From contig BDGG01000021.1 of the NCBI GenBank assembly GCA_001949185.1, positions 148,817 to 212,816 on the forward strand: DNA of 64,000 bases, in the 5' to 3' direction. The notes under the pieces were generated by a model, which made no database searches, was not told where the DNA came from, and worked only from the letters and a program-made list of their open reading frames with translations. Positions 12,023 to 24,000 of this stretch are shown here, piece after piece. Origin of the DNA: Ramazzottius varieornatus (lineage: Eukaryota; Animalia; Tardigrada). Each line of letters starts with the position of its first letter. Position 1 is the stretch's first letter. Made by a program: the position numbers and the translations under genes.

Positions 12023-13943
12023 CAGGGGCGCGTGGAAGTCCCGCGAATGGGTAAGGCTGATCAGCCTGTGAGGCTGGGAAACCCCTGGTTTTGAGCCTCG
12101 AGGCTGACAAAAACGAAAAAAGCAGTATGGTACGCAAAAAGAAGAAATCAGGCTAGTTCTATATGGAGCGTCATATAAAAGTACCTTGGTTTCTATTTCT
12201 CAATGCCACAGGTGGTGGTTACGCAGTTTCACTGTAAACTGAGCCTAATGAAGAGTTAGATGACCATAGAAACGTAGAAAAGTATAAACATTAAGAGATA
12301 AGACAGAAAAATAGGTAAGACTGAAAACTAACAAAAGAAAGAAGAAAGAAGGAGACAGCAGAAGGAAAAGAAAAAGCAGGAGGGTCTCTGGCCCGCTGGA
12401 CGCCTTACTTGTGGTTTTAAGCCACATTTCGGAGCTCGTCCATTCGAAGGATGTCCATATCGGACGTGTCCGAGCAGTGGGACTTGCGTCGCTCCCGCCC
12501 GGACTTGCCACGACGGACACCGAACAACCAAACGAGTCCGTCCAAACCGAAAACCAACAAGGCCCCGTGCATCTGATCCAACTCAGTTTATTTTAGTTAC
12601 CTCGCCAAAGGTGAATCCATCAGTGGCATTCTCGCATGGTCCACAAAAAAAGGAACAAACTCGACGAGCTTTTCGTTTTGCAAGTCTGCTTCAGCGTCAA
12701 ATGGGCGGTGTACAGTGCGATCACCCACAGGAACAAGATTAGCTCCTTTATGCAGAGTCAGAGTTCCCATAAAGTTTCGGGAAGGTAGAAGCTCTCGACA
12801 AGAGCCCACACTGTAGTTGAGCCCACCAGGACATTGCAAAATATCAGTCTTGTCGTATATACCGTGAAGTAGAAACGCATCTTGGTCATACGGGACCTGA
12901 CTTGTTAACCGTCTCCGGATGACAAAGGCAGAACGACCCTGGACTTGAGTGACTGACGATCCCAAATAACAATGTGGTAAGAGTCGAGATTATGGTGGAT
13001 GGGTCCTGACAACTCCCGCTTGGTCCGTCCATCGCATACCTGCTCTATCTCCACGTATCCACCTATTGCATAAACTTTGCCGGAGTGAACAACTGCACTA
13101 TTGCAATTTATTTCTGCAATCCGGTACGTACAACATTGTCCGTGAAAAACACTATCAAAATTTACAACAAAGAGGAAAAACCGGCACATGTTTCGGCAGC
13201 TAATGTACCTTGACAGAACCACGCCACAGAATACTGCAAAATATTTCGTCCTCCCTTTATGTATACCAGAAGCTCATTTGATACGCACATAATTGACAAC
13301 CGTAATAAGTTATGAATCCGTGAGGCACAATTTAATCGCACTGAAGCATCCGGTCCTTCTTTTAATTTCGCCCGTCGGAGATTTGTAATCGACGAATTAT
13401 TCTTAATCGTGAGCATTATGCGAATTTAAAAGTCCCAGGTTCGTTAGACATGTCGAACTGTCGAACTGGAGGTTGTCGACGTGACTAATAACGCTAACTT
13501 TCGATCTAAAGCATAGTAATGAGTCATTTGTTCAGATTATGAGTTTTTGCCCATATTCCATCCAGATACTCCACACTTGAGCAACGCCGCTTTTTTCCGC
13601 GCATTGTTTGCAGACTTCACTGCGTGCCTGTCTTAACATCTCAGCGAAGTTTTTGTATCAGCGAAGTTTTTGTATAGTTATCCTTCACGAGATTAAAGTT
13701 AACAGTCCACTTCATACTGTAGTGTTCATGCCCAGAAGTAGGCGCGTGTACTGGTAGTTACGTTCAAAAACCGGTCAGAATGGCTAACAGGTAAAAACAA
13801 TTTTCGGCCAGGCAGAGGCTGGCCTCACGAGGCTGCTACTTTTGCTTCCATTTTCCCAGCTGTTTTCCCAGCCTGTCGAGGCTGAGAATTTGGACTTTGG
13901 GACAGGCTGAGCCTCGTCAGCCTTATGGGTCAACGCGCCCCTG
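12023..13943. mobile_element. Non-autonomous hAT-type element (1921 bp) carrying cargo
   Basis: 11-bp TIRs caggggcgcgt / acgcgcccctg; exact 8-bp TSD actacaag at 12015-12022 and 13944-13951; subterminal aggctg/cagcct repeats at both ends. Confidence 0.9.
12597..13416 (-). pseudogene. Captured, intron-containing kelch-like gene fragment inside the hAT element
   Basis: ORF from 13416 splices (GT 13208, AG 13114, phase 1) into EINCNSAVVHSGKVYAIGGY, a kelch-type motif. A frameshift near 12910 leads into ORF 12597-12965. Confidence 0.5.
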
Positions 13944-14070
13944 ACTACAAGTGGCAACCCTTCCAGGACGAGACTACCGGAACAGGGCATGGAATGGCTT
14001 GCCAAACCAACAAACGAAAGATAACATTCGGCAGACTGACACGGATCACTCTCCCGGTAGTTCGATCCTA

Positions 14071-14224
14071 CAGTGCACTACAAAATAAGCTTTCGAAAAT
14101 GGGGTCAGCAAGAGTCAGATGGCTGCGGCCAATCAAGTCCGAGCATTTGCCCGATTGCGTTTTTGATTCGGTACTTCTATCTAAACCACTCGCCCATTTC
14201 GGAAGCTTATTTTGTGGTGCACTG
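14071..14224. mobile_element. Tc1/mariner-type MITE (154 bp)
   Basis: TA|cagtgcactacaaaataagctttcgaaa ... tttcggaagcttattttgtggtgcactg|TA. Confidence 0.85.
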
Positions 14225-14756
14225 TAGTATGGTGGCAACACAGTTTCGTTTTGGTGAGTCATCCACGTCAGTGTTAATGTCGTCGAATGATCACTGGATT
14301 AACTCCCTTCAATGCGTGAACGTGGTAAGCCGCGCGGTGTCGTGAATGACAATCATCTTTTTTTCTGGAGGTTTTGTCGGATCGGAACTTTGCGATCTTA
14401 GTCCGACCAGGCTCCTTGTCATCTGACCAGTCAGGCTACCGCTAGCTCTCTAGTTGTACGCGTGGGGCATGCCGATCAAGGATGGTCCTCCTACCGGGAA
14501 AAATATGCATGGCAAGTCCGGAAAAGCCATGAGGTGGCCTGCAGTCCAGTGACAAATACCTTCTGTTTTCTCGTCTCTCTTGCATTTAGAATCCCCTGCC
14601 TTCCTTCAGAAAGTGACGATGTGACTGAGATTCGCGCAAAGTCTTGAGCTGCAGGAACACCTCCACAGCCTTCGTGGTAAGTAGGCCGAAGACAAAGTTT
14701 GATTCCTTGCCTGACTCCGTTTTATCTTCCAGCTTGTTGTTCTCGTCGAGAGAACC

Positions 14757-17144
14757 ATGACGCAGGATCCCGTCGTTCAGAGCTCAGTGGTAAGATCAGT
14801 CTTCACATATTTAGGTACATGTTTGGCAGGGTGAAAATTGATGTAGGCTGGGTGGCTTTGCAAGTATCCCCATTGCAAAGAGCGTCGTCTTCACCACATC
14901 GAGCTACTTCACCACATTGAAAGTGACCATGCTTGTACGTATTCCCCTCTCGATCTCTCCCGTTTGAGTGTTTGAAAGCACTATCAAGAGTCTTGGTTGC
15001 AGCTGTGGAGGAACTAGAAGGTCGAATCATCAGCGACAATAAAGGAAGAATCATTGCTTTGGCTCCGATCCTCCTCTCCAGGTAAGCGTTGTTGTTCGGA
15101 AAACAGAGTCCATTATGTCATGTGCTATTCTGTACGTACGGGCGAAATACCACGCTGCTGTATGTGATATAGTGACGTCATGCGCCGTTTGTGTCGAAAT
15201 CAGGATTTGCATCACCTGATAGAAGCCATGTGCTTGACGTCATGATTCTGGGGCGTATGATGGCGGATAGTGCATGCTTTTGAATGTCTCGTGTGGATAC
15301 GTATGGATGTCTTTTTGTTGTAGGAATTTTCCCGAAGTTGGTCTGCCTCAGGAAGAGTTGACCAGCTTGCTGCAACGTCGCGCCGGTGTACCTAGACCGA
15401 CCGTCCCAATTCCACAAGTCCTCCAGTTGCAGGACGGATACCAGCCCACTCAAGCTGCCATCTATCCCAACAGTACACAACAAGTGCCACCCGAAACATT
15501 CCATTCCAGTAGGCCCGTCTCGGTTTGGTCGTTGATTGGTATGACATAGTACTAGTTGGTCGTTTCTTCGGCAGATGCTGGAAGTTTGCCTGCTGCTGCT
15601 GACTGCCGTCCACATGGCCAGGCTCAAGTGCTGCATCCGCTGCTGCACGACCTGCTCAACGCCTGCAACGCCACCACTTCTTCGCCACCCAACTCTGCCC
15701 AATACGACATGCCACCCGCCTTGCCCATCGCTCACTTGCCCTCCGTTACCTCGCTCAAGACGCCCGTCCGACGAGGTCTGAAAGCCTCTGTCGGCAACGT
15801 CCCACCGGTTTATTCACCTGACTCCGGTCGCGGTAATCATATCCCATAAGTCCTACAGAGTTATTTTGGGCGCTGGATACATTCTGCCTTTTCTTTACGA
15901 AAAGTACCTGTCAGATTTGAGGCCAGCTCGGCCTTGTCAGTGTTTTCTCGTAGCAAAAGACAGAATCTGTTCAAGACTAGAAATGTCTAGTGTTTCTCGT
16001 GAGGAAGTTATGTTGTGATTGCTGCTGTAGGTTCCGAGTCTTCGCTGGACGGTTCGTCTTTCGTCAAACAGACCAGTCTCGTCTCGAAAGCTCCGCTTGC
16101 CCCCCAACAGACCACGGAAGAAGGCGCCAGTGTGGAGGAGGACGACGACGACAACTCGGAGAACTCGGAGGACAGTGACGACGGCTTTACGCCCATCAAT
16201 GCTCAGTTTAGTGCCAAGAAAATCTTGAATCTCAGGTATCTCTGACTTTGCTTTTGCTAATGGCGTCAACTTTACTGAATGTCTTGTCTATTTGATTTAC
16301 AGCCAAGCTTCGGCCGTGGAAAAGCCTTGTGGGCTGACGGAGTTCACTTGTTCGGTGCCGACATGTGGCAGGAAACTCACCAGCCTCAACGGCATGAAGT
16401 ACCACGCCAGGAGCGGAATGCACCAGTAAGCTGGCCTATTCCTCATAGACTCTGCAAGATTGTTATCAAGTGGTGCACGTCTTCCCTGTTATGGGTCGGA
16501 AGCGTACGCCACTTGAGGGAAACAATCCTGCCGAGCTCTTCAAGTGGCGCACGTCGTTACTGTGTTTGGGTGCAAGCTTGCGCTACCTGAGAACCGATTT
16601 TGTCGCGATTGCTTGCAGAGTACCCAAGCATTTTCGTTGTCTCCGAGCTAATTCACTCAACATGCTGAAATAAGCCGAACGATGATAACTGTACAGTACT
16701 TCTCGATACTAAGAATGACAATTCAACTTGAAATTGCTGAAAAGATGAAAACACGAAGTTATGTGGAAGGATTCATTGGAATTTGGAACTGAGTAGTAAA
16801 GTTTTGTTTTATTCAGGAATAAGAAGCCTTTCCCGTGCGCGAAATGCGGCAAGAAGCATTATTTTACCGCCGAGAAGCTTGCCGAACACTCCGTTCTGTG
16901 TGCTGGTGCGAAGCAGGGCACTGCCGAGTCGACAGTGACGACACGGAAGACGAGTAAGCGAACCCGCAATGACTCGTTGAAGGAAGACGAAGGTCTCGTC
17001 GCAGACCTGCCACCGTCCTTGCCCGAGCCCAACTCGGCCGGCCTCTACAGTCCTTCATCCAAGCTCCACATACTCTTGACTAACTCCGCTAACACCAAGG
17101 CTGTCAAGAGCCGCAAGCAGAGCAAGAAGAATACAAAAATCTAG
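14757..17144 (+). CDS. JAZF1: JAZF1-like C2H2 zinc-finger protein
   Basis: ATG 14757 and intron 14790-14846 give WLCKYPHCKERRLHHIELLHHIESDH (ZnF1); acidic EEDDDDNSENSEDSDD; FTCSVPTCGRKLTSLNGMKYHARSGMH (cf. JAZF1 CPVPGCKKRYKNVNGIKYHAKNGH); KPFPCAKCGK. Confidence 0.75.
16470..16586. repeat. Intronic dyad element, two tandem copies (JAZF1 intron)
   Basis: gtggtgcac(16470)-N25-gtacgccac and gtggcgcac(16544)-N25-ttgcgctac; period 74. Confidence 0.85.
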
Positions 17145-18000
17145 TCCCTTTCTTTCACTCCTATCCGACCAATCAATCATTCATTCGTTCTGCCTCAAAC
17201 TTGACACATTCACACTGACAGTTCCTGGTTGTGACTTCACAGGTGATTATCTCTACCTCACGCATACATTCCCTCCAGCGATCTCAGTTTAGTTTACTTT
17301 TTGGGCTGCGACACAAGAGAACCGTTCCTGACAGGAAGAAAGACTGGAAGAAGAAAAAAATGCTGTTTTGATGCTTGGGTTTAAATGGTTTCTAGCTTTA
17401 AAAAGAAAAGATGTCACTCCTGCTTTGGTTGATCTCTCTCGACTCTCAATAGATGCTTCGCTCAGAGGTGAAAGATTTGGTTCCGCGTGATATGATTTCT
17501 GAGAAAGACGGTTTTGGAGATTACGGTAGGCTTTTGTTTATCTGTTGATAAAGTTTAGTGTCGAAATATTTGTATGCCCACACTGTTCCTTAGCCTTTAT
17601 ACTGTACAACGATACAGGCATTTATCTTTACTTTCGACTGTCGGCTTTTTCTTCTTGTTTTATTATTCCTTTTTACTGTAGCACTGATTTCCTTGGCCTT
17701 TCTCTCCCCTTTGCGCTGTGTTCCTCTCTGCCACGGATCTGACGACAGTAAAATTATCACTGGGAAGTCATGGTTTCCGTTTAACAATTTGAGGGTCCAA
17801 AACTCTTGTTGAATTTGGTCCGAGACGGTCATACAAAAGAAATTAGCCAAGTTTTCACAAATGCAAAATGCCATTGTCAAAGAATACATTTGAGAAATGA
17901 GATGAGCAGTGAAAAGTGCACGCATAAAATCTTTATGGGAAAAAGGCCTCGGGGTGAACTATTCAACACAAATACTCTGACATTCCATCTGTCCATGCGT

Positions 18001-21000
18001 TCAGCAATCAGTTCGCAATGCGAAAGTCACTTCCTCTTTACCAACATTTTCGGCATTTTGTTGGTATGGCAAAGCCAGTTGTAGCTGCTGGTAATTTCGT
18101 TTGTAGTGGCGGAACTCACTCAAGAGCGCTTTGCAGCGTTCTTCCCGCTCTTTGCTGGACCAAGGTTGGGCATGGTGATGAAGGTTATCTATGTTGCGGC
18201 CTTGGCGTCGTGACTTTGGTAAAGCCAGTTGTAGATGGGCCAGTAGAGAGTCGAAATCTTGCTGGTCAATGACATGGTCCAGGGAGGAGGACTGCGTCAC
18301 CATACCCGAGTCTTGGCTGGTGGAGGAGGGTGGCGACTGGCCCACCGTCCGGGAAGGCGACCTGTGCTCTTGCCCAAGGGAAGATGGCACAGCAAGGTAG
18401 GATGTCGCTTCTAGGAGGTCGCGATGGGCAGGAGTGCTGCCGTCCAGGCAATCAGCATCGAGATCTGATCGTGTCGGTGTGAAGGGCAAGTAGCCGCTGG
18501 GGATGACAGCGTAGTCGCCTTCCATGGTGTATAAAGGCCAGCTGCAGCCACCTGCTGCGACTACTGAGTTGGCGGACTTGAGGCTGACTGCCAGGGAAGG
18601 TCGAGCCGTAGCTACCATCACTGCGCTGCTGCTACCCGAACTGACTCTTCGCACTCGACCGCTCTTTCCACCCTGCAAGGTGGACAAAGACTTGGCCTGA
18701 ATGTGGCAGCAATGGAAGGCGCGACGCTTGGCAGCTGACAGCAGTGGTGGCGGTTGAGGCAGAAGCAGCAAAGACTTGAAGCGCCTTACACTTCGTAATC
18801 CATCTTCTTTGATAAGGTTAAATCTGTACAGGTGAAAAAGAGAAAACTCTATCAACTCCACTTTCAACTATAGACAAGAGAAGTCAGAGGAAAGGACAAG
18901 GAAGGAAAAGAGCCGTCACCTTCAGGAGCATATCTGCAAGGAAGACAATCTATCAGATGAAAGTATAAGCCAAAACCAGAGAGCCCCGAAAAGAAACGAC
19001 AGCGCAACAATTGAACAACATAGAACACAGCGACGATCGAACATCTTCTTGACGGGTACTCACCGTCGTTTCAGGGCGGCTGGACTGACCGACCGATGCT
19101 GCATTCCATTGGAATCTAAAGAGCATGACCAATTTTGCTCAACTGTTATGACATTTGCCACAGCCCATGTTTCAGCCAATAATACTATACCATAACGCTC
19201 CAATGTGGCGCCAGTCCGTTTAGGCCTGCGGCGGTTGCAGCGAGCGCAGACTAGTATGAGTATGATGGAGACGGCGAAGAATAAAACTCCACCGACCACG
19301 CCGGCTGTGATGGCAATGTTGGGGCTCAAATGTCCACCCAGCAAGTCACCTGCAAGAGAAGCTGCAACATGAAGAAACAACGATAAAGAAAAGGCTTGGA
19401 ATGGCTTCTGACCGGTGAGGGAATATCGTTGGACTTGGGAAGGTTCGCTGAAGGAGGTCAGTGTAAAGGCGTAGACACGAAACTCGTAAGTTTGTGACGG
19501 TTGTAGGTCCATGGGCTGAAAGTAGGTGCGGCCATCGGCGATGGCGCCACTAGAGCGAGCTCCCCACTCCTCACCTGCCTGTCGGTACTCCACCATATAG
19601 TACATGATGGGCACGGCTTCGTTGCCGTTAGCCCCCGATGGGCCTGCCACAGCAGCAGGCTCCCACTGCAGGCGGACACCGTCGGTGGTGGACAGCACTT
19701 GGACGTTGGTGGGAGCGGCTGGCCGCGGTCCAGACGGTTTGATGATGGTCGGCACGTAAGTGGCTCCACTACCGTCCGTTGGGAAAACTGTCACAAAGGA
19801 ATCGATATCTGCAGAGAAGGGCTGGTGTCATCTGCTGATTCAAAGGTGACATGACTGTATGATGGTTATGGCCTTTGGTTACCTAAAGTGCGTGCCGTAA
19901 TGGCTTCGGAGAACATTCCGTCGCCCAGCTGGTTCCTGGACAAGACCTGAAACTCGTAGAGCGTATCGGGACTGAGATTATAGACGGTAAAGGAGGTAGC
20001 GTCGTCCGGTCGAACCCTCAATGTCCGCCACTGACGCTGACTGGAGCCAAAGTGGCGGTACCAGATGATATAGTGCTGGGCGAAACCGCCACTATATGCT
20101 GGCTGCCAGGATAGACGGGCCGAGAAGGGTCCAATGTCCAGCGTCAGGTTGGTGGGTGCGTGTGGCGTGGTGCTTTCGATGATGAGCTGGGTAGAGGCCG
20201 ACAAGGTGGCCACCTCGTTCTCCACCATGCAACTGTACCGCCCGTGGTCCGACTTGCGCAGATTGACCATGGTCAATGAACCGTCAGCCTGTTGGATACA
20301 GCGATCGCTGGCCATGCCTGTTCCGTCATCTTTGCTCCAGAAGACACGCGGGGCTGGCCGACCAGCTTTGCCTGCCTGGGCCGAACACTGCATCACCACG
20401 CTGCCTTTCACTTCACCTTGGTAAAATTGCTTGGGACGGACGGCGAACTTTGGCGCCTCTACAACCAACATGCTTTTGCCATCATTCTGCCTTTGCTCAA
20501 AGAGAAGTTGCAGACGACGTACCTTCGACCAGGATGTTCATTTCAATGGAAGAGCCGCTAGTGCCGTGGGCGTTGTAAGGTGTGCAAGTATAGGCACCTT
20601 GCTGCTCCATGGTCACGTGCTCGATGAAGAGCGAACCGTTGTCCAGTGGCACTATACCCGCCTATAGATCGAAAGAAGGTTCCACCAGTATTGTTAATCT
20701 TGAAATATTGGTTGCAACTGCTCTTATGTACCGTGGCATTGACGTTGAAGAGGCGGCTATCTTTGGTCCATTGTACAAACTGCACCGGTGGGTTGGCTTC
20801 GACGAAGCAACGAATGATACCCGACAAGTTCAATGGCAGATATTGCACCGTCGGATTGTAGGTAATTCGCGCCGAGTCTACACCACAATCAGTACAGCCT
20901 GACCTCATGTCCATCACGTAAAGAAAACACAGTCAGAGTTGGAAAATACGTACATTGAATGCTGAGCCAAGCCGAAGCTTGCGGTGTCTCCTCGATGCCA

Positions 21001-24000
21001 TTGCTGACTCGACAGGTATACTTACCCGTGTCGCTCTTGCTGGTCTGTTGGATGATGAGCGTGCCGTCGGTCTGGACCACGACGCGGCTGGACAGTTCGC
21101 TGTAGTAGCTGGAGTGGATGGGCTTGTCGTTGAGCGACCAATGGAAGGTCAGGTTGTTGGGTCGTCCTTCCGCTTTGCAGACCAGGTCGGCCCGATCACC
21201 TTCCAGCTTGGTCATGTTCTCCGGCGGACGAAGGATCACCGCTCCAGCTACAACCAAAAGCATCCAAAATGCATGCAGCTACCAATGGAATGTATTCGTC
21301 AGCCCCAAGACATGCACGATTGCAATCCTTCAGCTCATTCGGCCTTTTTTCTACAATTCTTCAAGGAATTTGCCGACAGGTTGGTGCAATGCATGGCCCT
21401 GTCGGTCGTTTTCCTCGGACGAAGGCAGGAAGTGAAAATGAGGAGGCAACTGCGCACTGCACAGCTTTGCAGTGGCCTGAGCATTTTACGTAAGGAAATT
21501 GGCCATACCGGCAATGATGAGTTTGGTGATGCGAGCAACTCGTCCTTCGGCATTCTTGGCCGAGCACTCATAGTTGCCCACGTCGTTGGTCGTCACAGAA
21601 CGAATTGTCAAGCTGTTGCTGGACGTCACCATTAATCGTCCTGTCGAGCGGATCACTTGTCCATCCTACAAAATCAAGGAAAATGTACCCCTAGTATTCC
21701 ATTAGCTACCTGCTGGGCGCTGATGATAAATTCCAACATTATTCGACAATTGACAAATATCATCAGTTGGCAGACCTTAGACCAGGTTATTTTGGGCCTG
21801 GGTGTGCCACTGGCTTCACAGTGCAGTGTAACTTGCTCCTTGTGCTTGACGTACATTTCCCAGGGCGAACCGCTGGTAATTTGTGGCGGTGCTGAAGGAA
21901 GAAGGCAATCTCTCATTGTAACATGTGTTGGACAATGGGCTGATCTTTCTTAGTTACCGTGAACGAGCAGATACATCCAGCTGCCATTTTTGGCCGTCTC
22001 CGGTGGACGGTTGAGCAATTGCACTGCAAGAGAAAGGGAAGAGCTGGCCTTACTGAATTGGAGGTGGCGGCACGAGGTTGGGCCTACCTACCCTTGCATT
22101 CGTACCAGCCTTCGTCTTGGCGCTGGACCTTCTTGATGAGCAAGGAGGCCCGTTGGGAGGTCAGGTGTGGGGTAGCGATGGACAGTCGATGCTGGTAGCC
22201 TTGGCCAATGTGGGGAGGGTAGCCTTGGTAGAGGATAAAGATGGGGACGTCGTGGCCGCGCTTGGACCATTCGATAATGTGCGGCACTGGCCGCCCGCCC
22301 GGATAGAGCAGATCGCAGGGAAGAATGCCGTCCTGCTCAGCCAAGGCCACCACTTGAGCTCCTTCCCCTCCACCAACGCCCGCAGGTAAACCGACATCGC
22401 CTACAACAACGGGATCGGAGGAAAAGAGCACGTAAACGTTGGCAAAAGGCTTAATGTAATCTTGGGTCAAGTTGTCGCCTCAAGTGCTCGCGCCCCAACA
22501 CAAGCCCGCTAGCTATAGACCTAGCCATGGACAGCAGCTTGATTACGTATATTGTAGCACAGTTTCAAGTGTTTGAAGAAGTTGTAACAAGGAGAGAAAA
22601 TTTTCTACAGTCTTCAGTGAGCTTACAGACCCTTTCTGAATCAGCCACCTTGTTGCCATCAGCTGTTCAGACAGAAACCATGCCATCGTCCTATTACCGC
22701 TACAGTCAAAGTACCAGCATTTCTGTTTCTCTCCGCCAGTGCCACAGATCTCAGAGACAGGACGAGAAATGTCAGAACACTTCTATTGCCAGCTCGAAAT
22801 GTCGCAGTTAGGACTTGTAGATGAAACAAGAGGCTTCTCGTTCGATGAAGGCAATTAGCGCCAGAATTATTTACTAGCTTGATGGACTAACTGGAGTTTA
22901 GTGAGTGAGTAAAGTCATGGGGTGGTATATTTATCAGATGGAGGCAAGTATGGCGCATTACACTTTGGGAGGAAAGCCTCTCATCTCCACGTTGGACTTT
23001 AAGGGGGCAATACGGCTAATTTTATTTACAGAAGGCTATTAGGCCCATTTAAGGGCTGGATTGTTGCATGGACAAGCTCCTTATTTATGCATATATTAAT
23101 GGGGCTTGAGCCATCGCCAGTCACATCTCGCAGCAGCAGCAGCAGCAGCTTCAAACGCTCTTTGATTTCCGCTCCGTAATCCTGATCGACTGGATACATG
23201 TTCGATGGATGGATGGACGCCAAACTAATCGATACTGACCGCTGTCCTACCATTTCTAAACAATTTCATACAAGGACCAGTTTGAAAGAATTGACATGTT
23301 GGAAAAGTTGGAAAGACTGACTTTCTGTCCTTGTCTGCAAATGTTTCAACCAGGAAGTACACGAGTAGCGGTGATAAGAATGGCCATCAGAAAGCTATGG
23401 CTGTAAATACCAACAGGCGTTTGGGAGGGTATCAGCTGGGAGAATCATTAATTGCGTATGCAAAAAAGGAAAGTTGGGAGGTGGTGGGGAAGTAATGGCG
23501 GCTGTTCGCTCCAATTAGTCAGCCTCATTTGCATATAATCGTCCTGCCCGACTATGCTAATTGCCACACGGGCTCCATTTAAAGGTCCGCCAAGTCCTCT
23601 TCCTCAACTTGAACACGTGCCCCACTACTCCACCATCCACACGCCGATATTCTACACAAATAAACTCCGTACTATGTCCAAGTGGGAGGGGGGGACATTC
23701 ACCATGCTCGGCGTTGCTTTGGAGAAGTGTGGTACCTGGCCGTGGATGAGGGGCACAGAAGCCTGCCCAACTGACACTGTATATACCGTCGTTAAAGGAT
23801 ACGGACACCGTGGCTGGTTAATCCATCTCCCATCTCTCGACAGGATGTTGACTTAACGATGCCACCGTCAAAGTAAACTGACTTTACCCCCACAACGTAT
23901 CCTAGTTCCTCTTTCCGGCTAATCACTCTCTGCCCTGCTTCGCTGGCGCACAGGCCATCCGCTTCCCTACGAGCCCTTCTGTTACAGTTCTCTTCAGTAG

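Noticed and set aside
12597-13416. RAG2-like gene in a ProtoRAG-type transposon
   Set aside because: The 8-bp TSD and CAGGG termini indicate hAT rather than Transib/RAG (5-bp TSD, CAC ends); no RAG1-like ORF; only one kelch-like motif is visible.
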